Source: Verrucomicrobiales bacterium
Lineage (GTDB): Bacteria; Verrucomicrobiota; Verrucomicrobiia; Verrucomicrobiales; V1-33
Direction: 5' to 3'
Length of the DNA stretch: 64,000 nt
Assembly: GCA_031411295.1 (NCBI GenBank)
Contig: JANOAV010000040.1
Span: 28,705 to 92,704, forward strand
Below, one piece after another: positions 1 through 10,177 of this stretch. Position 1 is the stretch's first letter. Each line of letters starts with the position of its first letter. The notes under the pieces are model-generated. The model was not told the DNA's origin. It worked only from the letters and a program-made list of their open reading frames with translations, and did not search any database. The position numbers were made by a program, and so were the translations under genes.

Positions 1-103
1 CCGTGTAGTAGAACATGATGAAATTCATCATCAAGGCCCACACGAAATTACTGGCGGTATCGCCCAGACCGTAGCCGATTTTTTCTTTAACAGAGATTTT
101 CAT
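1..103 (-). CDS. GPH-family (glycoside-pentoside-hexuronide) MFS sugar:cation symporter, 5' part only (runs off window)
   Basis: Manual translation from ATG at 103: MKISVKEKIGYGLGDTASNFVWALMMNFIMFYYT, the typical GPH N-terminus; starts 4 bp downstream of the GH149 stop. Confidence 0.85.
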   Translation of the reverse strand, partial: MKISVKEKIGYGLGDTASNFVWALMMNFIMFYYT

Positions 104-107
104 AGAG

Positions 108-3100
108 TTAAATAGGAGGAAGTTGAGCTTGAGAAATAGAGACTACCAGACGTCTGATGGCATTGCTGCGGAGGAACAGTTCGTTGCTTGCGAGAGGGCT
201 CAGGACAGAACCGCAAATGGTTTCGGTTTCGCTATTAAGCCATTCGATCTGAATGGAGGCTTCGTTCGCGAGGACGTAGCACACCGGCACTTGGCAGAGG
301 GTAAAGGCTAGCGTATCGGCTGAGAGCGTCCAGTTGGCTTCTTCCCCGTTGAGCTTGATGGAACGGAATGCATGCGATTCCGTGAAGAATTCTGAACGTT
401 TGAGGAGAGTCGGCTGGAAATGGACTTGTCCATTTTGAACGATCACCCCGAGTTCGCCCAGACGCGTTAGGATCTCTTCTTTCACCTGCCCGGTCATGCC
501 TGGTTGTTGGGCTCCACGGTGGCCGGGAGAATGAGAATAGGGATCGGTGGGGAACGCGCCGTAGGTCCGCGCAGTCTTGGTGAATCCGAGGCCACGGCGG
601 ATTTGTTCGTAGGCATCCGCCAGTTCAGTTGCGTATTCTCCCCCTGTTTGGCAATAGATTTCCTGAGTGGCGAGGAGCAACTTCGCAACCATATGCCAAT
701 AAATGCTGCCCAAACCTTCGAATGCAAACATGGCTCCGCTGCGTCCCGTAAACGCCCGATGATGGAAAATCTCCTCCCATAGTTCGAGCAGTGCCGAGTG
801 ATCCTTCAGCAGCCCATCGCTCCATTGAGTCGAGGTCGCAAGGTGCTGCAGTTGCCGCTCCAGATCACGTTGGTTGGTGAGGTCCGCGTTGAAATGCAAC
901 TCCCCCATTTCGTCCTGCACCACGAGTGAGCGGTCTCCAGCTTGCATCAATTGCGCCAAGATGGGAGCTCTGGTTGGTGCATCGGCGGGGAGGATATTCC
1001 GCTTAAGAAAGGGGGTGATGGTTCGATTGGGATACAACAGGTAACTGTCCTGATCCGCCCGATAGAGATCGCTCTGACGCATGGCCCGCAAGACTTGGAG
1101 CGCTTCTTGCGCAGTGAGGCGGCCGCTACTGAGGGCTGCAACTTGCCCCTCCAGCATAAGATCGAGTCGGTGGACTTTGGCGGAGCCCTGGCCGAATTCG
1201 AGCACGTTGTAACTATGGAAGGTGCCGTCCGCTCTGCGATTGGCATCAATGGTCGCGTCCACTGCTCCCAAGGCGAGTTGCAGGAAACCTTGAATTTCCG
1301 CGCGCGAAATTTCTCCTGATCCGATGGGCTGACGCCGGTAAATCACATTCCGATGAACTTCTCCCGCTCGGCCGAAAGCCTCGGTTACTTGCCAGCGTTG
1401 AGCATCGTCCTGGACTGCGCTGGCTTGGGGCAATGATTCGCCAAGCGCTCGCAACAGTGCCATCACTGGCGCTGACATGGCAAAGGAGTCAGCCTTGGCC
1501 TCTGCTAGCAACTGCGTCAGGAAATTCAGATAACGCCGCAGGTAACACACCGTGACTACCGAGAGCCCCCAACCCGCCAGCGCGTTGTTGGCGTCATTCC
1601 ATTCGGGGCGCTGGGTGTTGAGCCAGATGCCGCCGCCGGGAACGAGATTGCTGAGTTTGACAAGTGCCGGCACTAGCAATTTCTCAGCAAGCGAGACCAG
1701 CAACACTGCGCCATCCTCCTGGCTGCGGAGTTTGCCATCCCCGCCAAGCGTTTTGGCCCGCGCGAGTAATTGTTCGTGCAACGGTTCGTCAAATTTTATG
1801 GAGTGCCGAGGATCGTGCACCAAGGCATCGAAGCCGACGATCTCATAAGGCACTTGAGCGTAAACGTAGAGCCGATCATTGAGGCTTGAAGCCAGCTGCC
1901 CTGGCCAAAAGCGCTCATTTCCTTCCAGTAGTCGCAGGAGATAAATGATCTGATGATCGCCCCAATAGCCGATGTGGGACCAGGCGTCTCGGGGGTCCAA
2001 CACCTCCCAATCAATGCCGTCCCGCGTAATGCGATACGGGTTATAGCCATCGGCAGTCGAAGCATTCAGGAAGACTGCGATCATCGATGGGAAACAAGCC
2101 GGGTAGCTGTAAGCCAGGCTTTCCCAATTCTGGAAAATGTCCCGCCAATTTCCTGAATAGCCTAGCAGCGGCTTGCCATTCGGATCCTTGGTGTGGATGT
2201 CGAATCGATTCCATGGGCGACTGGGATCCCCATGACGACGACTGAAGGTAAGCGGCAGATATTCCCGCACCAAGCGAGTCAACTGCGCATCATTTATGCT
2301 GGCTGCACTGGCCGCCAGAACCGCAAGAGTCGATCGCTCGGGCAATTCCTCCAGCCAACCTTGGTGGCGTTGCTGCACGGTCGTGTTCCGTGAATTTAGG
2401 TATTGGGCGAAATCACTCGCGGCAAAATGGTAGCCATCATAGAGCGTGCCGCCGCGCATGCAGTTGAACAACACGTTGGCAAAATGATGCACGCTGGCAG
2501 TGCGATCTGCAGTTTGCTGAAAGGCATCGGCCCCAGCGATGCGAGATTCTAGCGCACGAACCGTGGCGGCTAGATCCTGCTTCACGGCTTCGGTCAGCGT
2601 TGCGGGATCGTTCAATTGTTGCCGGAGTGTGACGACAGTCGCGTGATCCAAATCGCTATCCGTCACCAAAGTCCACTGGTGGGACGCTCCTGCCGCTAAC
2701 TCAATTTGGGAAGCGAGGAGGTGCGCTCCAAACTCGCCACGCACCTCCCGCTCTGGGGAAATTTCCTTGCCTGCGCGAAAGGCTTCCACTTGTCGATCCG
2801 ACAACACCAGCACCGGGGCTTGATGTCCCAACGACCAAGCCACGCCTACGCGCAGGGACTCGCTGGGTTCCGCTCGATCTGAGATACCCGAGTTCAGCGT
2901 ATAAATTCCCAGTCCGCAATCCGCCACCGCCTCATGTCGCATGTAAGCCGCGGCCAAGTAACTAAAGCGCGCATACGTTTCCTGACTAACTCCTGGCGGC
3001 AACATTCGGTGCCAACCGTCCAGCAACCGAATCCTTCGAGGATGCGTGCGGAGATTCTCCAGCACGCATGAGCGCACGAGGCCGAATTTCTCACTAGCTG

Positions 3101-3557
3101 CCATGCTCCAGATAAATTTCAGCCCGAGGCCGTGATGCGTTTCTTCAAAGCGCACGCTGGTTCCGGTCGCGTGCTTATAAAGATGGCGCGTGATGTCTGA
3201 CATCGGCGTGAGCGCACTCCACGGCTCCCACAGCCCGCCTTCCACCTCCATCAAGGTCAGCGCGCCACTGGCTTTGGGTTGATCCAGAATCTTATCGACC
3301 GTCTGATATGGAAACATGGCCCGATCAGGATTGCGGTGCCCGGCGGTAAAGCCTGTGTTACTGCCAATGAAGAGCCACAGGTCGGAATCAGACACCACCG
3401 TCATCAGGAACGGAGCCATGCGGTTCACATCGCGAATGCAAAGGTAGGGTTCGCCATCAATGATGACGTGTTCGTCCGTCACTTGGGGCTCAAGTGGCGC
3501 AGAGGCGGGTGCATGGCCGGCAATTTGCTGGCCGAGATTTTGGGTAGTTTGGTGCAA
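108..3557 (-). CDS. GH149-family beta-1,3-glucan phosphorylase-like protein
   Basis: 1149 aa; motifs FSRRHGDPSRPWNRF, GNWRDIFQNWE, YGAFPTDPYSH, QQPGMTGQVKE recognised as GH149; no signal peptide; co-oriented with a sugar transporter. Confidence 0.8.
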   Translation of the reverse strand: MHQTTQNLGQQIAGHAPASAPLEPQVTDEHVIIDGEPYLCIRDVNRMAPFLMTVVSDSDLWLFIGSNTGFTAGHRNPDRAMFPYQTVDKILDQPKASGALTLMEVEGGLWEPWSALTPMSDITRHLYKHATGTSVRFEETHHGLGLKFIWSMAASEKFGLVRSCVLENLRTHPRRIRLLDGWHRMLPPGVSQETYARFSYLAAAYMRHEAVADCGLGIYTLNSGISDRAEPSESLRVGVAWSLGHQAPVLVLSDRQVEAFRAGKEISPEREVRGEFGAHLLASQIELAAGASHQWTLVTDSDLDHATVVTLRQQLNDPATLTEAVKQDLAATVRALESRIAGADAFQQTADRTASVHHFANVLFNCMRGGTLYDGYHFAASDFAQYLNSRNTTVQQRHQGWLEELPERSTLAVLAASAASINDAQLTRLVREYLPLTFSRRHGDPSRPWNRFDIHTKDPNGKPLLGYSGNWRDIFQNWESLAYSYPACFPSMIAVFLNASTADGYNPYRITRDGIDWEVLDPRDAWSHIGYWGDHQIIYLLRLLEGNERFWPGQLASSLNDRLYVYAQVPYEIVGFDALVHDPRHSIKFDEPLHEQLLARAKTLGGDGKLRSQEDGAVLLVSLAEKLLVPALVKLSNLVPGGGIWLNTQRPEWNDANNALAGWGLSVVTVCYLRRYLNFLTQLLAEAKADSFAMSAPVMALLRALGESLPQASAVQDDAQRWQVTEAFGRAGEVHRNVIYRRQPIGSGEISRAEIQGFLQLALGAVDATIDANRRADGTFHSYNVLEFGQGSAKVHRLDLMLEGQVAALSSGRLTAQEALQVLRAMRQSDLYRADQDSYLLYPNRTITPFLKRNILPADAPTRAPILAQLMQAGDRSLVVQDEMGELHFNADLTNQRDLERQLQHLATSTQWSDGLLKDHSALLELWEEIFHHRAFTGRSGAMFAFEGLGSIYWHMVAKLLLATQEIYCQTGGEYATELADAYEQIRRGLGFTKTARTYGAFPTDPYSHSPGHRGAQQPGMTGQVKEEILTRLGELGVIVQNGQVHFQPTLLKRSEFFTESHAFRSIKLNGEEANWTLSADTLAFTLCQVPVCYVLANEASIQIEWLNSETETICGSVLSPLASNELFLRSNAIRRLVVSISQAQLPPI

Positions 3558-3781
3558 GGAGTCAGTTTCCAGTAGGTGAATGTTGCCATGGATCGAAACC
3601 GAAGTTCAACAGGGTTGACCATTGTTTGGCAAGGACAATTTGCACGAATTTGCATAATCTGCAAACGCTACCGCCGGGGCCAAATGCGCAGCTCACCGGG
3701 ATTGCGGGGAAATTGGCATTTATCCCAGATACGGGTTTGCCATCGTTTGGGCTCGCGGCATGAGTATAGGTTCTCGCCCCG

Positions 3782-5029
3782 ATGTTATCCCCGCTCGAAG
3801 CCACCGCTCAGATTTCTGCCATAGAACGCAAAACCTTCCGTTTGGAAAGATTGCGTTCGATTGCTGCGGGCATTACGGAAACGGCCAATGCGACGTTCTT
3901 TGGGGTTATCGCGATCAAGTATTTTCACTGCAGTCAGACCGTGAAAGGGGTGCTGCTGACCAACACCAGTATTGGCATGCTACTTTCGCCTGTGGTGTTG
4001 TGGTGGGCGGCCAAGCGTGGTTGGAACACCAGTCAGGGGATTGCGATTTTCTCCTTCTTTGCGGCCGTCGCCTGTTTGCTAGGATTGCCCGATCAGTTGA
4101 GTTTGTTTGTCATTGGCGGGATCCTGTCATACGCCGCCGCAGCCAGTGTTGCTCCGCTCTACATTTCGCTCTACGAGGGAAACTATCGCAGGGAGACCCG
4201 TGGGAAATTGTTCGCAGCCAATTATTTTCTCCGCATTCTCAGTAACATCGGATTCGCGTTCGCAGCCGGGATCTTACTGGACCATCATCTGTCGTGGTAT
4301 CCCATCATTTTGGTGTGCTATGCCTTGTGCTTCGCATTCTCTGGCATCGTCGTCTCGAAAATGCCCCAGGTGAGACTGGAGGCGCGTGGCGGAAGGAATC
4401 CGCTGACGGCCATGCGTCATGTGAAGGAAGATCGCGTTTTCCGCTGGACGCTGGTCAGTTGGATGCTTTTGGGATTTGCCAATTTGGCGATGTTTCCGCT
4501 CCGCACGGAGTATCTCGCGAACCCTCGTTATGGGATTGATCTTACCGCTTCCCAGGTCGCGCTCTACACTTCCGTGATTCCCAACATCGCGCGCCTGGTG
4601 TTCAACCCTATTTGGGGCCCGCTGTTCGATAAGATGAACTTCTTTAAATTGCGGATTATTCTAAATACCGGCTTCATGTTGGGATTCCTTTCCTTTTTCA
4701 CCGGCACGGGCGTGTGGGGCTTGGTGATTGGAGCCATCCTCTTTGGGATCTCAAATGCCGGGGCGGATGTGGTCTGGAATCTATGGGTAACCAAGATTGC
4801 CACCCCAGACAAGACGGCGGAATACATGGCAGTGCACAGTTTTCTCACGGGGGTGCGGGGCGTCATTGCGCCCATTTTCGCTTATCAATTAACCAACTAT
4901 ATCGGCATCGGGTGGATTGCCAGCGGTTGTGCTGCGTTGGTCGTGATGGCCTCAGCTCTGCTGTGGCGCGAGCGGGGATCCTTCACGGCCAAAGACCTGC
5001 CGGAAGAGTTACCGGCCGAAATCGACTGA
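3782..5029 (+). CDS. MFS transporter
   Basis: 415 aa, about 12 hydrophobic segments in two halves. Confidence 0.8.
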   Translation: MLSPLEATAQISAIERKTFRLERLRSIAAGITETANATFFGVIAIKYFHCSQTVKGVLLTNTSIGMLLSPVVLWWAAKRGWNTSQGIAIFSFFAAVACLLGLPDQLSLFVIGGILSYAAAASVAPLYISLYEGNYRRETRGKLFAANYFLRILSNIGFAFAAGILLDHHLSWYPIILVCYALCFAFSGIVVSKMPQVRLEARGGRNPLTAMRHVKEDRVFRWTLVSWMLLGFANLAMFPLRTEYLANPRYGIDLTASQVALYTSVIPNIARLVFNPIWGPLFDKMNFFKLRIILNTGFMLGFLSFFTGTGVWGLVIGAILFGISNAGADVVWNLWVTKIATPDKTAEYMAVHSFLTGVRGVIAPIFAYQLTNYIGIGWIASGCAALVVMASALLWRERGSFTAKDLPEELPAEID

Positions 5030-5055
5030 ACTGCGGCCTGGGGGCCAGGCCCAAA

Positions 5056-5397
5056 CTACATCCGGTAAGTGATCCGGGCCTTGCTCAGGTCATAGGGAGA
5101 CATTTCCATTTTGACGCGATCACCCACCACCAGACGGATGAAGCGTTTGCGCATCTTGCCGGAAATGTGGGCCAATACCTCGTGATTGGAACCATTGCCT
5201 AACTTGACGCGGAACATCGTGCCAGCCAAGACTGATGTGATGGTGCCGTCCACTTCGATGGCTCCCTCCGCATCCTCTGGTTCCTTGACGGGCGCGCGCT
5301 TGAAGGCCGGACGAGCCGCTCCACGATTAGCGTTGCCACGGTTAGGGCCGTGATTGCTTTTACCACGATTGTTATTAGGACGATTGACGGATGCCAT
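5056..5397 (-). CDS. infA: Translation initiation factor IF-1 with N-terminal low-complexity extension
   Basis: [20 protein letters not shown]...[41 protein letters not shown]; start moved to ATG 5397 (MASVN). Confidence 0.95.
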   Translation of the reverse strand: MASVNRPNNNRGKSNHGPNRGNANRGAARPAFKRAPVKEPEDAEGAIEVDGTITSVLAGTMFRVKLGNGSNHEVLAHISGKMRKRFIRLVVGDRVKMEMSPYDLSKARITYRM

Positions 5398-5701
5398 GCA
5401 AGGAATGAGAAGACTGCTGAGAGACGTAAGTCCGCCGCCAGAGTGGCTAAAGTGGGATCCCAACACAGGGCCGGGTCACACGCGGAAGTGAGCAGGGCAC
5501 ATCTTTCCATCGTTCTCAGGGCAGACAAGCGAAATTATTGTGGCAAAAAACATGCCCAGGCGAGGGCGTTCGTCCGGTCGGCCAAGTCCTTCGGCCAGCG
5601 CAATCGGGGTGCAGGCAAAATGTGCGCTAGCTTTGGTCCGGGACTTGCGGTATGTTGAAAGTCGTGTTTCCTAGTTTTACCACCCCCCTCAAACTTAAGC
5701 C

Positions 5702-7276
5702 GTGAATCGACAATCCCAACGCGGTCAGAGTGCCGCCCCCGTCCTGGTCTTCCTTGGCATCGTTACGCTGAGCGTGATCTTTTTCTTCGTGTTTACGCTG
5801 CCTCAATGCAACGGCAAGCAAACCACGGTGACCACGCTGCCGCAACCCGCTCCCATGGTGAGTCCCCCACCCCCACCACCTCCAGTAGTGGCCCCCGTGC
5901 CGACTCCGCCTACGGTGGTTACTCCCACTTCCACGAGGTCGCTCTATATGAAATCCAGCCAATTCCTCACGGCCTTAGCCGAGCGATTGAGGAGCGGTAA
6001 GGTAGAAGAAACCACGGAACTGATGGCCGCCACCGTGCCCCAAGCGAAACGGGATTTCTTTGAGAAAATGTTTACCACTGGGGGCTACATCCCAGTCGCA
6101 GGGAATCAACCGTGGCGGGAAATCGGGAAGATTAGTGGGCAGGAGCGCTGGATTTTACCATTAACAAAATCCCCCAAGAGCCCAGCAGCTCCTGTAGAAG
6201 GTGCCGCCAACCCTCCTCCCGACGCTCCCCCACCAACGGCACCGCCAGAACCGGGCCCACTGACCTCGCCCAGCGGCATCTCTTTAGCAATTGGCGATCC
6301 TGCGTCCGCCCTCCCTGATTTGCCAAAGGTGGACGCCCCCAAACCGCCGGTGGCCGACCAACAGCATGCACCTGGCCCCCAGAGTCCGTCCACCAAAGCC
6401 TCCGAAAAAGCCCCGGAGCTGGCGGTCGATCTTAAATTGAGTCGGGATCGAGGTTTCGAGATTACCGGTTTGCACTTCTCGCCTGAGTTACTCGCAGCCG
6501 AGGGCGCTGCCACGGACCGCTCCCTGGCCAGCCCGCCCGATCCCCTCACCATTTCGCACGATTTCGTCAACGAGGTGCTGGGCAAAAATTTCCGGGGTGC
6601 CCGCTTGATCACCGATGGCACCAAAGTGACCCACGAGAAATTGGCAGGCTTGTGTATTGTCTTTGAAGAAGGCAACTATCAGATGGTTCCCGGCAGTTCT
6701 TTAAATGTGACCGCCGCCACGGAGCAACGGGCCTGGGCCTTGGTGCGCGTCAAAAGCCCGACCCAGAATGTCGAGAGCGAGTTCGGCGTGGAAATGGCCA
6801 AGCACGAGGGCACGAATGAATGGAAAGTAGATTCTTTGGATTTCAGTCGCATGTTACAGAACTACGTGCAGGCGACCGATGGCGGGAAAATTTACTACTC
6901 GCCTATCGTCAAGAGTCCCAGCGGCGGAGAGTCCCTCGTGGTCTATTTTGAATATGACAAATCTGAACTCAACGCCCGCGGCATGCGGCAAATGGAGATT
7001 GTAGCGGATTTATTGAAGAGTGATCCCGCTCGTAAAATGCGCCTCAGCGGTTACACCGATGCGCTGGGAGCCGAAGACTATAACAATCGACTTTCCCAGA
7101 AACGTGCCGAAACCGTGCGGACCAAATTGGCGGAACTCGGCGTGGATCCAGCGCAGATTGTTTCCAAAGGCTATGGCTCGGACACGCCGCTGGACCCGAA
7201 TCAGAAGGAAGATGGTAGCGATAATCCGGAAGGACGTTCCCGGAATCGACGCACCGAAATTTACCTCGACTTTTAG
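5702..7276 (+). CDS. Membrane-anchored OmpA-family peptidoglycan-binding protein
   Basis: N-terminal TM, Pro-rich linkers, C-terminal VYFEYDKS...GYTD...NNRLSQKRA...RNRRTE OmpA-C motif. Confidence 0.9.
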   Translation: MNRQSQRGQSAAPVLVFLGIVTLSVIFFFVFTLPQCNGKQTTVTTLPQPAPMVSPPPPPPPVVAPVPTPPTVVTPTSTRSLYMKSSQFLTALAERLRSGKVEETTELMAATVPQAKRDFFEKMFTTGGYIPVAGNQPWREIGKISGQERWILPLTKSPKSPAAPVEGAANPPPDAPPPTAPPEPGPLTSPSGISLAIGDPASALPDLPKVDAPKPPVADQQHAPGPQSPSTKASEKAPELAVDLKLSRDRGFEITGLHFSPELLAAEGAATDRSLASPPDPLTISHDFVNEVLGKNFRGARLITDGTKVTHEKLAGLCIVFEEGNYQMVPGSSLNVTAATEQRAWALVRVKSPTQNVESEFGVEMAKHEGTNEWKVDSLDFSRMLQNYVQATDGGKIYYSPIVKSPSGGESLVVYFEYDKSELNARGMRQMEIVADLLKSDPARKMRLSGYTDALGAEDYNNRLSQKRAETVRTKLAELGVDPAQIVSKGYGSDTPLDPNQKEDGSDNPEGRSRNRRTEIYLDF

Positions 7277-7298
7277 TCTGGGTGCTCTCCCTTAAATC

Positions 7299-7805
7299 AT
7301 GTCTCGCTATTTCATCCTGCTGCTTTGTTTCCTGGGTCTTTCCTGCAGCCCCCAGAACGCCTTCGATCCCCGCACGGTGGAAACGGATGCTGGGGCCGCC
7401 GTGTTCCGTCAACTCATGGCAGATTGTCCCTACACCACCCCCGAGCGGCCCGTCTGCCTGACCATTGGCCCCGGGCAGACCGCCCTTTCCCCGGCGTTCA
7501 AAGATCGCTTTGCCGACCTGAAGGACCGCCTCCTGGCCCATAATCAAATTGCTGTGACGGTGCTCAGCGGCAAGGCACGCGTGCAACAAAAATCCACCAC
7601 GACGACCGCCGGCCCATTAGTGCTGTTGTTGCAGGTGTCGGAAATGAAATCTACGGGCGGCGGCTATGAAGCCATCGCAGCATGGGCCTTCAAGGACGAT
7701 ATGATGCGGCGGAAATACCTCGTCACGCCAGAGGCCGACGGCAAATTCAAGGTGACCGCAGGAGACATTATCGAGGAAAAGAAAGCCGAGAAGTCTGCGG
7801 AATAA
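7299..7805 (+). CDS. Hypothetical lipoprotein
   Basis: Signal peptide with LGLSC lipobox; directly downstream of the OmpA gene. Confidence 0.7.
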   Translation: MSRYFILLLCFLGLSCSPQNAFDPRTVETDAGAAVFRQLMADCPYTTPERPVCLTIGPGQTALSPAFKDRFADLKDRLLAHNQIAVTVLSGKARVQQKSTTTTAGPLVLLLQVSEMKSTGGGYEAIAAWAFKDDMMRRKYLVTPEADGKFKVTAGDIIEEKKAEKSAE

Positions 7806-7813
7806 GGCACTGC

Positions 7814-8785
7814 CTAGAAATCCCGGGTGTGGAAGCGCCAGAAGGCCAGCAGCAACACCACCAGCTCAAAGATCACTCCAGAAGTAATCGTCGCGCGGAC
7901 CGATGGCACCGGCGGATCTGGGAGCAACTCCATTTCCTTCATAGACTTATTCTGAATCAAGGACTGCCCGATGATCTGGGTGAAACTGTAAGGCGCATCG
8001 GCTTTGATCACATGGGAAAAGAGTTCCCCGGTTTGTCTCGTCCTCGGCAGCACCGTCATCACTTGGGCGGCCAGATGATGGACCTGCTGAATCCTGCCAG
8101 AAAGTGTCTTTATTTCTTCATTGGGTAATGCCGTCGATGCCGCAAAAATTTGTCTTCCTGTCTCGAATTCCGTTTTCTGCACCGCCCAGAGCAAAAACCA
8201 GAAAAGCACGCTCCACAACAAAGCCGCCATACTGCTGCGCGTCAGAATCCCCACCAGCGTGGTGAAGCAAAAAACAAAACTGAAAATCAGCGCCACCAAC
8301 CCCACGCTCCAGAAGATACCCCAGTAAACGGTGTGCAAGCGCCACCAGAGACTCAGGAAACAGATCGTCACCAGCACCGTCGTCTGCACCGCCACGAAAC
8401 CCAGCGCGGCCAAATATTTCCCCAGAAACAATTTTCCCCGACCCAGCGGCTTGGACAGCAGGAGGTCGATCGCGCCTGGCTTCATGGCGTCAGGGAAAAT
8501 CGTGGCCGCGGCAAACAAGGCCAACAGCGAGGCCCACGACATGCACCAATTATCCAGCAAGGCATGCAACGTGTTCAACAGCAGCGACTTTTCCCAATCC
8601 GTGCCAGCCCGGAGGAAGCTGCTTTCAAATTTCACCGCCCCAAACAGCACCGACCATCCTTCCGCATGGCAACCCAGCGAGGCAAACAGCACGCCCAAGG
8701 CCAGTGAGATACAGAGAATGACCCAGAACAGCCCCCGGGATTGCAGGCTGCGGTAGGTGTCGGATATAATGGCCCAGAGTTGCAT
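7814..8785 (-). CDS. ABC-2 type transporter permease
   Basis: G.IDLLLSKPLGR..LFLGKYL motif, several TMs; start inferred at MQLWAII (8785). Confidence 0.85.
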   Translation of the reverse strand: MQLWAIISDTYRSLQSRGLFWVILCISLALGVLFASLGCHAEGWSVLFGAVKFESSFLRAGTDWEKSLLLNTLHALLDNWCMSWASLLALFAAATIFPDAMKPGAIDLLLSKPLGRGKLFLGKYLAALGFVAVQTTVLVTICFLSLWWRLHTVYWGIFWSVGLVALIFSFVFCFTTLVGILTRSSMAALLWSVLFWFLLWAVQKTEFETGRQIFAASTALPNEEIKTLSGRIQQVHHLAAQVMTVLPRTRQTGELFSHVIKADAPYSFTQIIGQSLIQNKSMKEMELLPDPPVPSVRATITSGVIFELVVLLLAFWRFHTRDF

Positions 8786-8795
8786 GATCAAGAAA

Positions 8796-9773
8796 TTAGC
8801 GGAGCGGCACGGCTTCAGGTTGCACCGACGGCACCAATGGCTTGCCATTCGTCAGCACAGTATCCATGAACAGTTCCTCCAGCGTTTGGTGCACTGGCGT
8901 AATGCTAACAATCGTGATCCCAGAGCGCCTGATCTCATCAATCACGGGTTGGACCACTTGCGAACGACTCGTGGGAATCGCCACCAGCGTCTGCTGGCCA
9001 TCCGGGGTCAGCGCCAGCGTGCCCCCCAGAGATCGCACCAGACTCACCAATAATTCCCGACCAAATACATCGGTCTCCACCACCATTTCATAACGGGAAG
9101 CATGCCGCGTCAGTTCTTTCAGCGGCCCTTGACGCACCACCCGCCCTTCATGCAGGATCGCCACCCGGTCACAGATCATTTCCAACTCTGCCAGCAAATG
9201 ACTGTTTACAAAAATCGTCTTCCCACGCTCCCGCAGCGCGAAGATAAGATTACGAATATCCCGCCGCCCCAGCGGATCCACTCCATCCGTGGGTTCATCC
9301 AGAAAAATCAACTCCGGGTCATTCATCAGCGCCTGCGCCAGCCCGATCCGTTGTTTCATGCCCTTGCTGAAATTTGCCAGCGGCTCCTTATACCAGCGTT
9401 CCATCCCCACCGTGGCCAGTAATTCGGGAATCCGCACCCGTCGCACCGATGCCGGAACTCCCGTCAGCCGACCAGAAAAATTCAGCAAATCCACCGGTGT
9501 CAGGTGCTTGGCATACAGGACATGTTCTGGCAGATAGCCAATCTTCTGCAACGTCGGAATATGACCAATCGGCCGCCCCAGCATCAGCCCCTCACACCGC
9601 GTCGGGCGCACCAGACGCAAGAGCGTCTTCACCAGCGTGCTCTTCCCCGCCCCATTCGGCCCCAAGAGCCCGAAAATCTCCCCGCGCCCCACCTGCATGT
9701 TGAGCCCCGCCAGCGCCTTCACGCCGTTACGATAAGTCTTGGAGATGTTCTGCAGGTCGATGGCGAGATCCAT
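8796..9773 (-). CDS. ABC transporter ATP-binding protein
   Basis: Walker A GPNGAGKST, signature FSKGMKQ, Walker B IFLDEP, H-loop. Confidence 0.95.
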   Translation of the reverse strand: MDLAIDLQNISKTYRNGVKALAGLNMQVGRGEIFGLLGPNGAGKSTLVKTLLRLVRPTRCEGLMLGRPIGHIPTLQKIGYLPEHVLYAKHLTPVDLLNFSGRLTGVPASVRRVRIPELLATVGMERWYKEPLANFSKGMKQRIGLAQALMNDPELIFLDEPTDGVDPLGRRDIRNLIFALRERGKTIFVNSHLLAELEMICDRVAILHEGRVVRQGPLKELTRHASRYEMVVETDVFGRELLVSLVRSLGGTLALTPDGQQTLVAIPTSRSQVVQPVIDEIRRSGITIVSITPVHQTLEELFMDTVLTNGKPLVPSVQPEAVPLR

Positions 9774-10177
9774 GGGGGCAACGATAATTCACCGAGTAGA
9801 TAGGAACTGCCGGAAATTGCCAGCACTTTTTTGCTTCGAGCTGGCACGGGGGCACGACAAAGAAAGTTAAGACCCCCACGAAGGATTCTCCATGGCTTGA
9901 TCGGAGGTGTCTAGGATTGTAGAAATCCCGTTCCATTCCACAACTCCGGAAAGGGCCCAACCAGAAAAAGCTTGGCAACGCGAACAGGCAGAACTATGCT
10001 CATAAAACTAAAAATCCACCGTGAACCGCACCGTCTTCCGATGCAGAACACCACAATTCACCCCGCGAGGCAGCGAAACACATCTGATTCCTCCTTTACC
10101 TTCATAATTCATCCTCCGCACATCTCTATCACCATTCCGATCCCCCGTCCAACGTTCCCCAAAGAAAGCAAATTCCT

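Noticed and set aside
3640..3675. LacI-type operator upstream of GH149 (TGCAAACGCTAC)
   Set aside because: Only a half match and no LacI gene in the window
9780..10170. Riboswitch or tRNA in the long intergenic region
   Set aside because: No recognisable consensus by eye; no tRNA or rRNA seen anywhere in the window
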